64,000 nucleotides of DNA from Mobula hypostoma. Its lineage: Eukaryota. The stretch spans positions 220,412,001 through 220,476,000 of the forward strand of contig NC_086097.1 of assembly GCF_963921235.1 (NCBI RefSeq), written 5' to 3'. The notes beneath the pieces are model-generated. The model made no database searches. It was given only the letters and a program-made list of their open reading frames with translations, and was not told the origin of the DNA. The position numbers and the translations under genes were made by a program. Below, piece by piece: positions 12,335-24,319 of the stretch (positions within the stretch are counted from its first letter, which is position 1; each line of letters opens with the position of its first letter).

Positions 12335-13363
12335 CTGAAACAACAAATCAAAATTCGTCTCTCTCACGCACTTAGAATCCTTCTCCAAATCAGTTAGTAA
12401 GGAGCTGTGTGCTTTCAATGGTAAACATGGTCTGTACCTTTTCATCTTCCTTACCTAGTGTAGGAGAGATTGGGGCTGAAAACTAAAATCAACATTGTTT
12501 ATAATGACCCCAAGAACAAGTGTCTGAAATAATTCCAAAATTTAATAATAGAACAAGTTTTCCCAAAATAAAATTGGAATTTATTCTATTAACATTTATA
12601 ACAAGTTGAGGGGATTTTCCAAATAAAAATCCTGCTTTATTTTGACCAAGGTGACAGTATGAATTATTTTGTAGTTTCTTATTATCTCTGCATACTGCAA
12701 AATGTTTTTACCCAATTAATCCATATTCCTTTAATTCCTGACAGGTTTTAGAGAAAAAAAGGTGATGACCTTTTGTTCAGTCTTTTACACCAATTTATTA
12801 ATATTAATATTCCAATCTTTAAAACAATACAGATTACCATTGAAACTGACAATGTTTTAACACAATTGTTTTTATTTAAACAGATAAATTATTTGAAAAT
12901 TGAAAGGACAATTTTAGAGTCTTCTGAATAATGAAAAATGGACCAGGAAAAGTACATTTAACAGGCATGATTTCAAATCCATATTACATGTAGGCCTGAA
13001 AAGTCTTCCCTCTCAATTCTCTTGCTTTCTCACTCAAAAGTGTAGATTCAAGAATAATTTCCCAATTCATTTTCCTAAAGAGGCACTATTTTACATTTAC
13101 CAATATTATTTAAATGTATTAAAACATTTCTGGTGAGGTTAGGATGTAGACTCAGCTTCTAGGTCTCTGGAAATACCAGAAAGATTTCCCATCATTTTAC
13201 TGCAAGATGTACAATTCACAATTCTTCATACCCAACAACCAAGTCAAGAGCAGGAAGCAAGTCCAGATCTCTGACCTGGATTGGACTTATTCATTAAATG
13301 AATGGGAAATGAAGGACTGACAGAACAAGTCAGAGATGTCTTACAGTGTTTTCTAATGCCTAC

Positions 13364-13453
13364 CTGACCACTCATCTGTGGTGGCACACTAGCTCTTAGA
13401 GGTAGATTCATATTTGAGACAGTGGTGAGTGGGTTCATCAGTGGCTGTCGATT
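13364..13453 (-). CDS. NCOA2: NCOA2 exon w9 (90 nt): NRQPLMNPLTTVSNMNLPLRASVPPQMSGQ
   Basis: ORF 13244..13438. Acceptor tgttag|AAT, donor CAG|gtaggc, phase 0 to 0. Confidence 0.9.
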
Positions 13454-14029
13454 CTAACAAAACACAAATTACAAAATTAGTTATTTGTATGAAGATGCTG
13501 ACTGTTTAATAACAAAAGCTGAAGAAGCATAGACATTGCAGAAGGAGCTACAATCAACCCGGAGCCATAGTACTTGACAAATGCATCAAACTTGTGTACA
13601 AGGGATTGAGACCAGGATTGGGTTTAGCAGTGCTCCTGCCACCATCCACCTCTCCCCTCTTGCCCTGTTGATCACTATCTGTTTTAATTAATGGGTAACA
13701 AGATTGTATACGAGTTACAGGAGACAATCAAGTCTTGCAGAAGCAATCTGCAACAATTGAGCAATGCTTTAATGAAGAAACCTTAAGTCAAAAAGTTTTT
13801 TATTAATCAGACAGGACAGTGAAAGTTTCATTGTTTAATGCTTGTAAGTGTATAAATATTTATTATGTTAATATGGTGCTGCAATACTAAATATAAACTC
13901 TACAATCAACGATAATTGTGAAAGCTTCCTTGCGTGATATATTTTTAAAAGGTATACTGTGCTTTCTTCTTCCTCCAAAAGAAAACGTGTAAATTACAGA
14001 ACAAGAACATTTTCTTCAAGGAAGCTTCA

Positions 14030-14345
14030 CATTTCCACAGCCTTTTTCATAACCTCATGTTATCCAAATATGCTTTAAGTTCAGGGAATCACTGTTTAAG
14101 TGTGCTTGTTGTTTCATGTAGGAAACAGAAAAGCTAAATGGTGAGAAGGGCTGGAATACTAGGACTCCTCAACTCTTTAAAATACCACAGGACCTTTCAC
14201 AACCATCTTCAGAGAAGATGGGCATACAGTTTATCGGAAGGAGAGCACCTCTCACAGAGCTGCATTCCCGCAGTAACGTGATGAACTTTCAATCTATTTC
14301 CGGTGTTAGAATTTCTGAACTTAACCTCACAATCTGAGTGCGGGG
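14030..14345 (-). mobile_element. Ancient Deu-domain SINE remnant (SacSINE1/AmnSINE-like)
   Basis: Degenerate match, recognised from memory, to the reverse complement of the Deu-SINE body (e.g. ggaaggagagcacctctcacagagctgcattcccgcagta). Confidence 0.5.
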
Positions 14346-14704
14346 ATTATATCAGCCCTGTCTTGTGTGCAATGTGGAGTAAAGCGAATTGAAGATACGG
14401 GGGCAGGATCAGGGATTTCTCCGGACAGTCTTTATGCCTCAAAGGAAGCAGCTGGTGATGGCACAATTTACACTGAAGCCTCAAGTGTGTCACGATTGAG
14501 AACAGGCAATGCAGGCCGCAGCTGAACACTCAATGGAAGAATCCAGTTCACCTTGTGGACTGTGCAGCACCCCCCCTCCCCCCAAAGCCAAGATTCTTCT
14601 GGGATCAGGCACCGTCTTCACACTGGAATGGGTTCAATGTTATACAAGCTCCAAGAACGAACACATCTGGACCACAGATGGAATCCATAACTAGATGTAG
14701 ATAC

Positions 14705-15005
14705 TGTCCTTGCATTATACTGGGGGACCACTGCTAGGCACAGGGCTATTACCGCATACAGTATTGGAGAGCATAGGTGTGATACTGTGTAGCACTGGGA
14801 TACAGTACCGATGGGCAAAGATATGTCACTCTGCAATACTGGTATGCAGTGCACGTGGGCACAGGTCTACCCTAGCGTAACACTTGGGGCACTGCACTAG
14901 TAGGCACAGGTCCCACCACACAGCACTGGTGCATATTCCTAATGGGACAGGTCTGTCACTGTGTCACATCAGGTAAGGGTACAGATGGATATGGTATCTG
15001 GCTGA
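14705..15005. repeat. Degenerate ~43-bp minisatellite, about 6-7 units
   Basis: Units such as gtgtagcactgggatacagtaccgatgggcaaagatatgtcact (14787-14830), ctgcaatactggtatgcagtgcacgtgggcacaggtctaccct and cacagcactggtgcatattcctaatgggacaggtctgtcact. Confidence 0.65.
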
Positions 15006-15314
15006 CACTGACTAAAAATTCCAGTTCATTTGGACAATTGGTAGAAGCAGAAGGGGCTGTTATCATCCCAGCTGCTGCCTACAAATATTTGCCTCATTAG
15101 AGAGGGGAACGTGTGTGAACAGAGGGATAATCAAATCGAGTCAATGCCAAGGAAATCTGTACACCTTCCAGACTTGGGCAAGTTAGAAATTTTTGCCCTC
15201 TGAGAGGATCGTGCTCAGCTAGCTTTCTTTACAATAACTTAGCTTTTATGTTTTTGTTTCAGAATGGCTTAGAGGACTGTTTCTGGAGTTTAGTGCAGAA
15301 GGTAAGAGCATTAC

Positions 15315-15611
15315 TATTTGTTGTCCTTGAAGCCTTTGTTGAAGTTGAAGCCGAAGCTGATTGGGCTGGTTTGGCACCATCCCAGACGGCCTCAGTGCAG
15401 GCCTTGGTTGCATACGTAACATCGGGTATCCTGGGCGTTGTCCCATTTGAGCTGCCAGAGGATGAAAATTAGGTTCCTGCATGGTAGAGTAGTTTCCTTG
15501 TACTACTGTGGTCTGTGGACCATATGGCTGATTATAGACTTGAGGTTTTTCTACCATCATTGTGGACTTCTGGCTCGGAAAAGACTCTGGCTGGTGATCC
15601 ACACTTTGGCT
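15315..15611 (-). CDS. NCOA2: NCOA2 exon w8 (297 nt): [11 protein letters not shown]...[19 protein letters not shown]
   Basis: ORF 15246..15629. Acceptor ttccag|AGC. The nearest in-frame donor is the weak ATA|gtaatg, phase 0 to 0. Confidence 0.88.
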
Positions 15612-16375
15612 CTGGAAAAACAAAGGCAAAACTTAAAGTTGGTCTTTTCTCGTCCTTAAATATTATTTATGCTTTGCCAACTTGCACAAAACTCAGGTAA
15701 TAATACCAGACTATCACCCTTATGATTCTGCTTTTCAATTCTGCCTCATCATTTCTCACAATCCTTTAGTTCAACCTCCTTCCTCGACTTATCCACACGG
15801 TCCACAGGGGCCTCCCACTCCCCCTCCAATTCCTTCTCTGTCCTTAACTCTAGCACTGTTAAGCAACATGGACTTTGAAACTCAACATCCTTGCTACTGT
15901 GAAGTGCCTGTTCCCCTAACTATGCTATTACATCACTGCTGCATTTCACTTTTCTCCCCTCACTGGAATGGCTCCCCATGCTCTGGTGAGTTTGCACTCT
16001 CTCAATGCAGTACCACCCGCGAAGAGGCAGGAAGTAGTGACATTGTACCTGCTGGACTATGGTTCTTTTGGAACCTTCCTCCCAATGCCCCAACCTGCTT
16101 CTTCTACAGTCATCGCTAGTCTCTGGACTAAAGCAGATGTAGTTTGGTGTAAAGATAGTTAAGGGAATGGGTTAAAGTTGAGAAAGTGGAACTGATATCC
16201 ATGCTATTACTTAATATCAGGTTCAGTGGTCCTCCCGGTCAACTCTTGACTTCTACTTCTCAGTAAGTTCACACCGGACGGTTTCTACGCTCATAGTGTA
16301 ACCTCCAATTTTGTGAGTCAGAATTTACAGTGCAACTTCTTGTTCTCTACCTTTTCCGCAGGTATGAGCATTTAC

Positions 16376-16547
16376 CTGATTAACGAGTTCAGGTATTCCA
16401 AGTGCCCGGTCAATTTCCTCCAGTCCTAGTTCATCAATATTCTTTAGTGCTGAACGTAACTGGTCTAGAATGGCACCTTCATCATTTGTAGCTTCCGTTG
16501 GTAAAGATGGACAAAGCAGATCATCTTGAGAACTGCTGTACGACTGC
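16376..16547 (-). CDS. NCOA2: NCOA2 exon w7 (172 nt), CBP/p300-interaction domain (CID/AD1)
   Basis: ORF 16325..16666 contains DDLLCP...[36 protein letters not shown]. Acceptor ttag/tag|G, donor CAG|gtaaat, phase 2 to 0. Confidence 0.94.
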
Positions 16548-17139
16548 CTACTAATGTAAAAACAAAGATTGTACTGAAGCTGTTCAGACAAGTTTTTGCA
16601 TTTCTCTGTGTGAAAACCACAAAATAAAATTACAGCACTGGTATAGTCAAAATGATTGTTTTTCAAACAGAATATGAATTTTATCGGTTTGCAAAAGAGT
16701 TTTACTTTTAGTTAAAAGAAAAGAGGTCAACCATATTTGGATTTTTGCACATCACCGATAAAGAGTATTTTCCATTAAGCATCTATTCCAAGATTTACTT
16801 TATTGAAGCCACAATCAAATAAAGATACTTATTTTCAATATATAAGCAACCAGATTAGGTGCACTTTTTCAACTATATGTGGCTCACCTTTCCCACTTTG
16901 TGTAAGCCCCACCTTGAATGATACATTTCAAGCTCCACTTTTACACAGATTATTTAAGTTTATGCCTCAACATCCTGTATATCCTTAAATGCGTGCTGAA
17001 TATGAGCTTCAGCAGGAAGTCAACTACGGTTTCAGCTGTTGCCTCTTTCTGTGGCCAATGCAACAAGCCAGGGGAAGGGGAATGGAACAAAATGTGGAGG
17101 AAATACATAAAGAAGAGTGGCTTTAGGAGCCAGTGCTAG

Positions 17140-17545
17140 TATGACTACCCGGGACATCTTCAGGGAGCCGTGTCTCAAAAAGGCAACGTCCATTATTAAG
17201 GACCTCCGGCACCCAGGGCATGCCCTTTACTCACTGTTACCATCAGGAGGTGGTACAGAAGCCTGAAGGCACACACTCAGCGATTCAGGAACAGTTTCTT
17301 CCCCTCTGCCATCTGATTCCTAAATGGACATTGAACCCTCGGACACTAACTCACTTATTTAATATATACTATTTCTGTTTTTGCACTTCTTTAATCTATT
17401 CAATACATCCATACTGTAATTGATATATATATTTATTTTTTTATTTAATTTATTTTTTTCTCTTCTGTACTATATATTCCATTGACCTGCTGCTAAGTTA
17501 ACAAATTTCACATCACATGCCAGAGATCATAAACCTGATTCCAAT
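17140..17545 (+). mobile_element. Rex/Babar LINE 3' end fragment
   Basis: CLKKATSIIKDLRHPGHA-type terminus, 3'UTR, tail ataaacctgattc. Confidence 0.7.
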
Positions 17546-17607
17546 TTGCAAAGGATGGGGATCTACTCTCTGTTTTGTTGTTTGGGACGATGTTCAGGCA
17601 AATTGGA

Positions 17608-17782
17608 ATAAGACCATAAGACATGGGAGCAGAACTAGGCCATCCGGCAAATCGAGTCTGCTCCGCCATTCAATCATGGCTGATCCTTTTTTTCTCCTCC
17701 TCAACCCCAGTTCCCGGCCTTCTCCCTGTAACCTTTGATGCTATGTCCAATCAAGAACCCAGCAATCTCTGCCTTAAATACA
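17608..17782 (-). mobile_element. CR1 LINE 3' tail
   Basis: Tail taagaccataagacat, similar to the element at 43602. Confidence 0.7.
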
Positions 17783-17829
17783 CCCAAAAACACTCAATGC
17801 CTTTTATGCTCACCTTGACCAAGAAAATA

Positions 17830-19553
17830 TGGAGGCATCTTCACAAACTTGCACAGCACTCAATGACCCTGTGACTTCAGTCTCTGAGGCTGATGTGAGA
17901 GCATCCTTTAGGAGGGTGAACCCACAGAAAGCATCCAGCCCACACGGGGTACCTGGCCAAGTACTGAAGACCAGTGCTGATTCACTGGCTGGACTCCACA
18001 CCAAGGTCTTTATTTAACTTCTTGCTTCAGCAGCCTAAGGTACCCACCTGTTTCAAGCAGGCTGCAATTATACCAGTGCCTTTAGAAAATGGTCATCTGC
18101 CTCAGTGGCTCATCCAGGAGCACTTACATCCATTGTGATGGAGGTGCTTTGAGAGGTTAGTGATGAAACATATTAACTCCTGCCTGAAAAGCGACTTGCA
18201 TCCACTCCAATTTGCCTACCATTACAACAGGTCTACAGCAGATGCCATTTCATTGGCTGTTCACTCAATTCTGGAACATCTGGATGGCAAAGATGCATAC
18301 ACCAGGATGCTCTTTATTGACTACAGCTCGGCATTCAGTACTACTAATCAATAAGCTTCAATGCTAGACCATACTATCTCCTTGTGCAACTGGATCTTTG
18401 ATTTCCTCACTTGCAGACCCCAGTCAATTTGGATTGGCAACAACATTTCCTCCATGATCTCCCTTAGCACAAGTGCACCACAAGGTTGTGTGCTTAGCCC
18501 CCTGCTCTACTCACTTTATACTTAAGACTGTGAGGCTAAGCACAATTCCAGTGCCATATCTAAGCCTGCTGACAACACCACTGTCACTGGCTGAATCAAT
18601 GGTGATGGTGAATCAGCACACAGGAGAGAGATTGAAAATCTGGCTGAATGGTGCCACAACAACAACCTTTCACTCGATGTCAGCAAGACCAAGGAGATGA
18701 TTATTGACTTCAGGAGGAGGAAACTGGAGGTCCATGAGCCAGTCCTCCTCGGAGGATCAGAGGTGGAGAGGGTCAGCAACTTCAAATTCCCCAGTGTTAT
18801 CACTTCAGCGGATCTGTCCAGCACTTAACTACAAAGGAAGAATGGCAGTGCCTCTACTTTCTTAGCAGTTTGCGAAGAATCAGCATGCCATCTAAAACTC
18901 TGACATATTTCCATAGATGTGTGGTGGAGAATATATTGACTGGTTACCTCACAGCACGGCACAGAAACACCAATGTCCTTGTATGGAAATGTCTACAAAA
19001 AATAGTGGATACAGCTCAGTCCATCACGGGTAAAGCCCTCTCCAGCATTGAGCACATCTACATGGAGCACTGTTGCAGGAAAGCGGCATCCATCATCAAG
19101 GACCCCCACCATCCAAGACGTACTCTCTTCTCGCTGTTGCCAATAGGAAGGTAGTACAGGAGACCCAGGACCAACACCACCATGTTCAGGAACAAGGAGT
19201 TATTACCCCTCAACCATCAGGCTCTTGAACCAGAGGGGTTAACTTCACTCATCCCATATCTGAACTGCTCCCACAACCTATGACCTCACTTTCAAGGCAT
19301 CTTCATCTCATGTTCTTGATATTGTTTATTTATTATTATTGTTAATTTTTCCCTCTTTTTTTTTGTATTTACATAGTTTTTTTTGTGCATTGATTGTTGT
19401 CCATCCTGCTGGGTGCAATCTTTCATTGATTATTCTTTTGTGTTTCTTGTATTTACTGTGATTGCCCACAAGAAAATTAATCTCAGGGTTGTATATGGTG
19501 ACATAAATGTACTTTGATAATAAATTTACTTTGAACTTTGAAGTTACTTTGAA
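17830..19553 (+). mobile_element. Rex1/Babar LINE, 5'-truncated, multiple stops and frameshifts
   Basis: [63 protein letters not shown]. Tail (ctttgaa)n. Confidence 0.85.
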
Positions 19554-19557
19554 CATT

Positions 19558-20080
19558 TAGAAAATTACAACATCATACGTGTCCTTCGGCCCATGATGTT
19601 GTAGCGACCTTTTAACCTACCTTAACATCAATGTAACCCTTCCCTTCTACATAGCCCGACATTTTTCTATCATCCATGTGCCTATCCAAGAGTTTCTTTG
19701 CTCCTAATGTATTGGCCTCACCACCATCCTTGGCATTTAAGAGAGATTTAGACAGGTACATGGCGAGGGAGATATGCCTAGATGGGACTAGGTAGAAAGG
19801 CAGACCAGCATGAGCTAGATGGGCCAAAGGACCAAAGGACCTGTATCTGTGCTGTAATGCTTTACAACATTCCCATTAACTCTTCTTGACCTTCTGTGCC
19901 AGTAACCTGTACTAAGCTGTAACTTACAATCATCAGCTAACCTAACAGCACACTTTGGCCACTCTGAGGAAACCAGGGAACCACAAGAGGTTCACTTTGC
20001 AAGAACTTGCAAACTTCCTACATACGGCAACCAAGGTCAGGATCACATCCAGTTAACTGCTGTGTCACCAGGTCGCCCTA
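19558..20080. mobile_element. Cluster of short CR1 tails in both orientations plus a degraded V-SINE (minus)
   Basis: CR1 3'UTR motifs at 19558-19730 (-) and 19730-19865 (+). SINE-like sequence at 19930-20080. Confidence 0.55.
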
Positions 20081-20450
20081 AGATGTAAGCTTTTAATTAG
20101 TTAAATCACCATAACCCATGTACCCACAGATCACTTCCACTTTGATATGGAGAATATCTCTTTCATGTTAAGCGTTTTTTCATGCTGCATCAGATCTGGA
20201 GTAGCAATCATTTTGTTCTGCAAAATGACAAACAATCTTGAATCTTGAAACTCTCACATTAGTTTTACTCCTTTCCAATCTGAAGTTGTCAGCTCTCATT
20301 TAAGATCTCTGAACTATTTACAGTTCACATGCTGCTCTCTCTATGAAATGGTAAGATACTGCTGGAATAATGACCATTAATCTTATCTCACCGCAATTCA
20401 AATTCTTTAAAAAGACAAGTTTTTTAGTTATAAGCAATATTGCAACTTAC

Positions 20451-20580
20451 CGATTTTGATTGGCAAAAGGCCCCTGATCAATAGGCATTATACTGTCAGG
20501 CCAAGGTGCTGTTTGGTTTGGAGGTGCTTGCTGCTGGCCATAGGATGAACCTCCCATACCCACCTCAATTTCTGATGACC
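20451..20580 (-). CDS. NCOA2: NCOA2 exon w6 (130 nt): [43 protein letters not shown](R)
   Basis: Translated by hand. Acceptor gattag|GG, donor CG|gtaagt, phase 1 to 2. [13 protein letters not shown] is conserved in NCOA2. Confidence 0.93.
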
Positions 20581-20731
20581 CTAATCAAAGTGAAAAGTAG
20601 TAGAAAAGCAATTGCTTTTTAAAGTGGCATTTGATAACATTGCTACCTTTTACAGAATAATACATATTTAAAAAATGTAAAAGTTTTTCTTAACAAAGTA
20701 CAGCATTGGAATTAAAAATGCTGTGACATAC

Positions 20732-20953
20732 CCATTATTTGTGTTTGGAGCATCGATCTCTGACCAGGCTGACTGTTCGGTCTCATAGGAATAGCAGACG
20801 TAGGACTGCCGATCATGCTGCCTTGCAGTGTTGTCCTGCTTATTGTGTTGGATCCTGAGCTGCCCGTGGTGTTTGCAGCAGAGCTTGACTGACCCCAGTC
20901 TACAGAAGCCATGCTGGGTCGAGGGGCTCCACTTGCCATACTACTGACCATCC
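20732..20953 (-). CDS. NCOA2: NCOA2 exon w5 (222 nt): GMVSSMASGAPRPSM...IPMRPNSQPGQRSMLQTQIM
   Basis: ORF 20712..20951. Acceptor ttctag|GG, donor G|gtatgt, phase 1 to 1. Confidence 0.92.
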
Positions 20954-22639
20954 CTAGAAAGGAACAAGGAAGGCTGGAGAGTAATCCTGCTTCTGGAATT
21001 CATTTTTCCTTTCTCAGGCAGTACACGTTGTCATGTATAAATCCTTATCGTGCTACTTTGACAAGTTCTTGTCATCTATTTATTTTCAAATCTGAAATTA
21101 CTGCAGAGCTCTTCATTGTAGAGACATTTTCCTGTTGGCAGGCAGCACTATAAAACACTACTCCCAATAAATTCGAGTCATTTAGTCACAATAATATCAA
21201 AAGCTCAGTGAACGTGCATAATATCTCTTCTGTGGACTACCAATACTGTAAAATCTTGCTGATAGGAAGTGTTGCTTTATGTACGAGTGACAGGTGCCGA
21301 GGAGTGTGGATAACCCTAGCTTCCTTCCTGAGGAAGTGAATCACTTTTGCTACCAAATACGTCAATGCTTTACTTTCCAAATGAGCTGAAGAAAAGTTAC
21401 TAAAACCCAACGGCAAGTATTCTTTTTACATGTAAAACAACTTGTTGCGACTGAGAAATTTAATGTATTTTTAAACGTGCTGGCATACAAGGCCAGAAAC
21501 TAATTATTCAGTAGAGGAGGGGGGTCAACGACACCTTTCAGTCAAAATTTTAAGTATTACACAACACAGGAAAATTACACAAACATTTTTCCGATGTTTG
21601 TCTCTAATTGCAACTCATAATGGGTATACCCTGTCTGGGGAAATCCTCCTCCTTCCATTATGATTAAAGAATCACGTCAATTATGCTCCAGCTACTTAAG
21701 CCAGACCACTTCCACTGATTTATCACAAATGAACTTTTATGAATGATTGTTTTAAAGCAAAGTCACTATAGGAAGCATCATTATTGACTATAATGACACC
21801 TTCAAGTGGTATACATGCTACTGTAATGTTAAGAGTCCTCTCTTAATCAGTTGAAAGGTGGCATGCTAGATTATAGCATTTACTTAAAAGTTTATCGAAT
21901 AAAGTTTTGAATTTGAACAGGCATTTCAGCTTTCAGTTCTTTGAAATACAAGCCTCAAATGGCACTTTGAAAGTTTGAGACAGGTATAGTAAGTATTTGA
22001 TTTTGGTTAGTGGGAGTTAAATGCCGGGGAAGAGATGTCGTGCACATTAATCATCATTTTCCTTTTTGAAGTAATTTCAGTTAGCTGCCAATTACCTCAT
22101 ACAATACTTCATGAATTAATTTTTTTGCACTATTTTGTAATGTATAGTAGTTTTATGCCTTTGCACTGTACTGTTGGCACAAAGCAACACATTTGACATC
22201 AAACAAGACAGTGATGATAAACCTGATTCCGAAATTCACCATACTCACATAATTAAAAATAAGGCAGCCATTAAACATACTTTACAGATGAAGAGAATAC
22301 CACATACTGCTATTGAAAATACATTAATTCCTCTTTGCCTCCACTCACAAGCACACAATGTGACCATTTTTTCCAGAAAGACATTGTTCTAGCTCAATAT
22401 TCAACACCATTCTGTCCTTACATCTGAAAAGCTCTCAGAATTCTTTAAATAAAAACAAGGTTACTTAGTCCTCAAGAATTCCTTTTGCAAAGTGAGAAAT
22501 GAACAGCTTCAATTACACCTTAGAGCCAGCCAAACGGATACCATATAACACATTCATTTTGTTCCTGATATTTCAAATTTCAGGAAAAGTATTTGACCTA
22601 ACCAAGAAGTGCCTAGTCCTATTTCTTAAAAAAAAACGA

Positions 22640-22965
22640 TTAATTGGATGTGAGTCAAGCCAGCAATGTCAGTATTTACAGCCCATCCTGACAGTTCTTG
22701 AGGAGGTCGTGAACCATTTTCACAAACTGTTGCAGTTCCCTTAGTGAGGATAACTCCCACAGTGCTGCTGGGGCCAAGAGTTCCAATTTTTAGATCAGGT
22801 GATGAAGGAATGACAAAATGTTTCAGGACAACATATAACCAGGAAGGGAGGTCACAGGCAGTGTGCCTAATGGTTGCAAGCTCTGCCAGAAAGCTTTGGT
22901 TAGGAGTTGTGGCCTATCTTGCAGATTCTCTGCTATGTAACACTGGAAAGTCTGGTACCATTTGA
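22640..22965 (-). mobile_element. Old LINE 3' remnant (CR1/L2-type)
   Basis: Degenerate match, from memory, to a common chondrichthyan LINE end (actcccacagtgctgctggggccaagagttcca). Confidence 0.45.
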
Positions 22966-23002
22966 AAGCTGGGTTTCAGCAAGAGATCCACAGTTCATTT
23001 CT

Positions 23003-23710
23003 TAGTCATAGTCATACTTTATTGATCCCAAGGGAAATTGGTTTTCGTTACAGTTGCACCAACCAAGAATAGAGTATAAATATAGCAATATAAAACCATA
23101 AGTAATTAAATAGTAATATGTAAATTATGCCAGGAAATAAGTCCACGACCAGCCTATTGGCTCAGGGTGTCTGACCCTCCAAGGGAGGAGTTGTAAAGTT
23201 TGATGGCCACAGGCAGGAATGACTTCCTATGACACTCTGTGTTGCATCTCGGTGGAATGAGTCTCTGGCTGAATGTACTCCTGTGCCCACCCAGTACATT
23301 ATGTAGTGGATGGGAGACATTGTCCAAGATGGCATGCAACTTAGACAGCATCCTCTTTTCAGACACCACCGTGCGAGAGTCCAGTTCCATCCCCACATCA
23401 TCACTGGCCTTACGAATGAGTTTGTTGATTCTGTTGGTGTCTGCTATCCTCAGCCTGCTGCCCCAGCACACAACAGCAAACATGATAGCACTGGCCACCA
23501 CAGACTAGTAGAACATCCCCAGCATTGTCCGGCAGATGTTAAAGGACCTCAGTCTCCTCAGGAAATAGAGACGGCTCTGACCTTTCTTGTAGACAGCCTC
23601 AGTGTTCTTTGACTAGTCCAGTTTATTGTCAATTCATATCCCCAGGTATTTGTAATCCTCCACCATGTCCACACTGACCCCCTGGATGGAAACAGGGGTC
23701 ACCAGTACCG
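23003..23710 (-). mobile_element. Rex1 LINE 3' end, relatively young
   Basis: ORF 23154..23501 (VVASAIMFAVVCWG...LHAILDNVSHPLH...RKSFLPVAIKLYN), preceded by QSRLYFLRRLRSF. Tail (tatgac)n. Confidence 0.85.
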
Positions 23711-24319
23711 GTGTTGTAGGATGTATCAAACTGACCGATACTACAGAAAGGTCCACTGGATCGCGGAAATAAAAATCCGCCAAAGATTACAGTTAGATTG
23801 TGTTCAACAGAACAAACGCTCAGTGAGTACTCTCAATAGGCAAAGGCAAGACGTGACTTGGATTTATATCTGTGTGCAACTCACGAGGCCAAGGAGAATG
23901 GAAGCTGAACTAAACCAGTATTAGAGAGTGCCATTGCAATTATATGAGGCATTTCAGTACTTTAAGACTGATCACATAGATCTTATTAACATTTTCTGAT
24001 ATCAAGACAAGCAAAGGCAGCAAACAAACACGTGAAGCACAACATTACGAGGGAAGTCTCCAGATAGTAAGGGTAAGATTACTTAAACATGGTCTCTGTA
24101 TCTGATGTCTCATTAAAAATATTGCTCATGGGAGTGAAGATCCAAGGCACAACATTATAACTGCAATAACATCTTAACATTCTCTGCCTCCAGATCCAAT
24201 CGATACCATCACGAGTTGGCAGGTGTACAGCATCAACTAATAATAATAATAATGGCTCCGTCTGTCTAAGTAGACAATGGATGCGCATCAACTGAACTTC
24301 TCAGATATTAAAAGGCCCA

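Noticed and set aside
14705..15005. Spaced repeats considered as a CRISPR-like array
   Set aside because: Units are contiguous degenerate tandem copies without unique spacers, there are no cas genes, and the context is a vertebrate intron.
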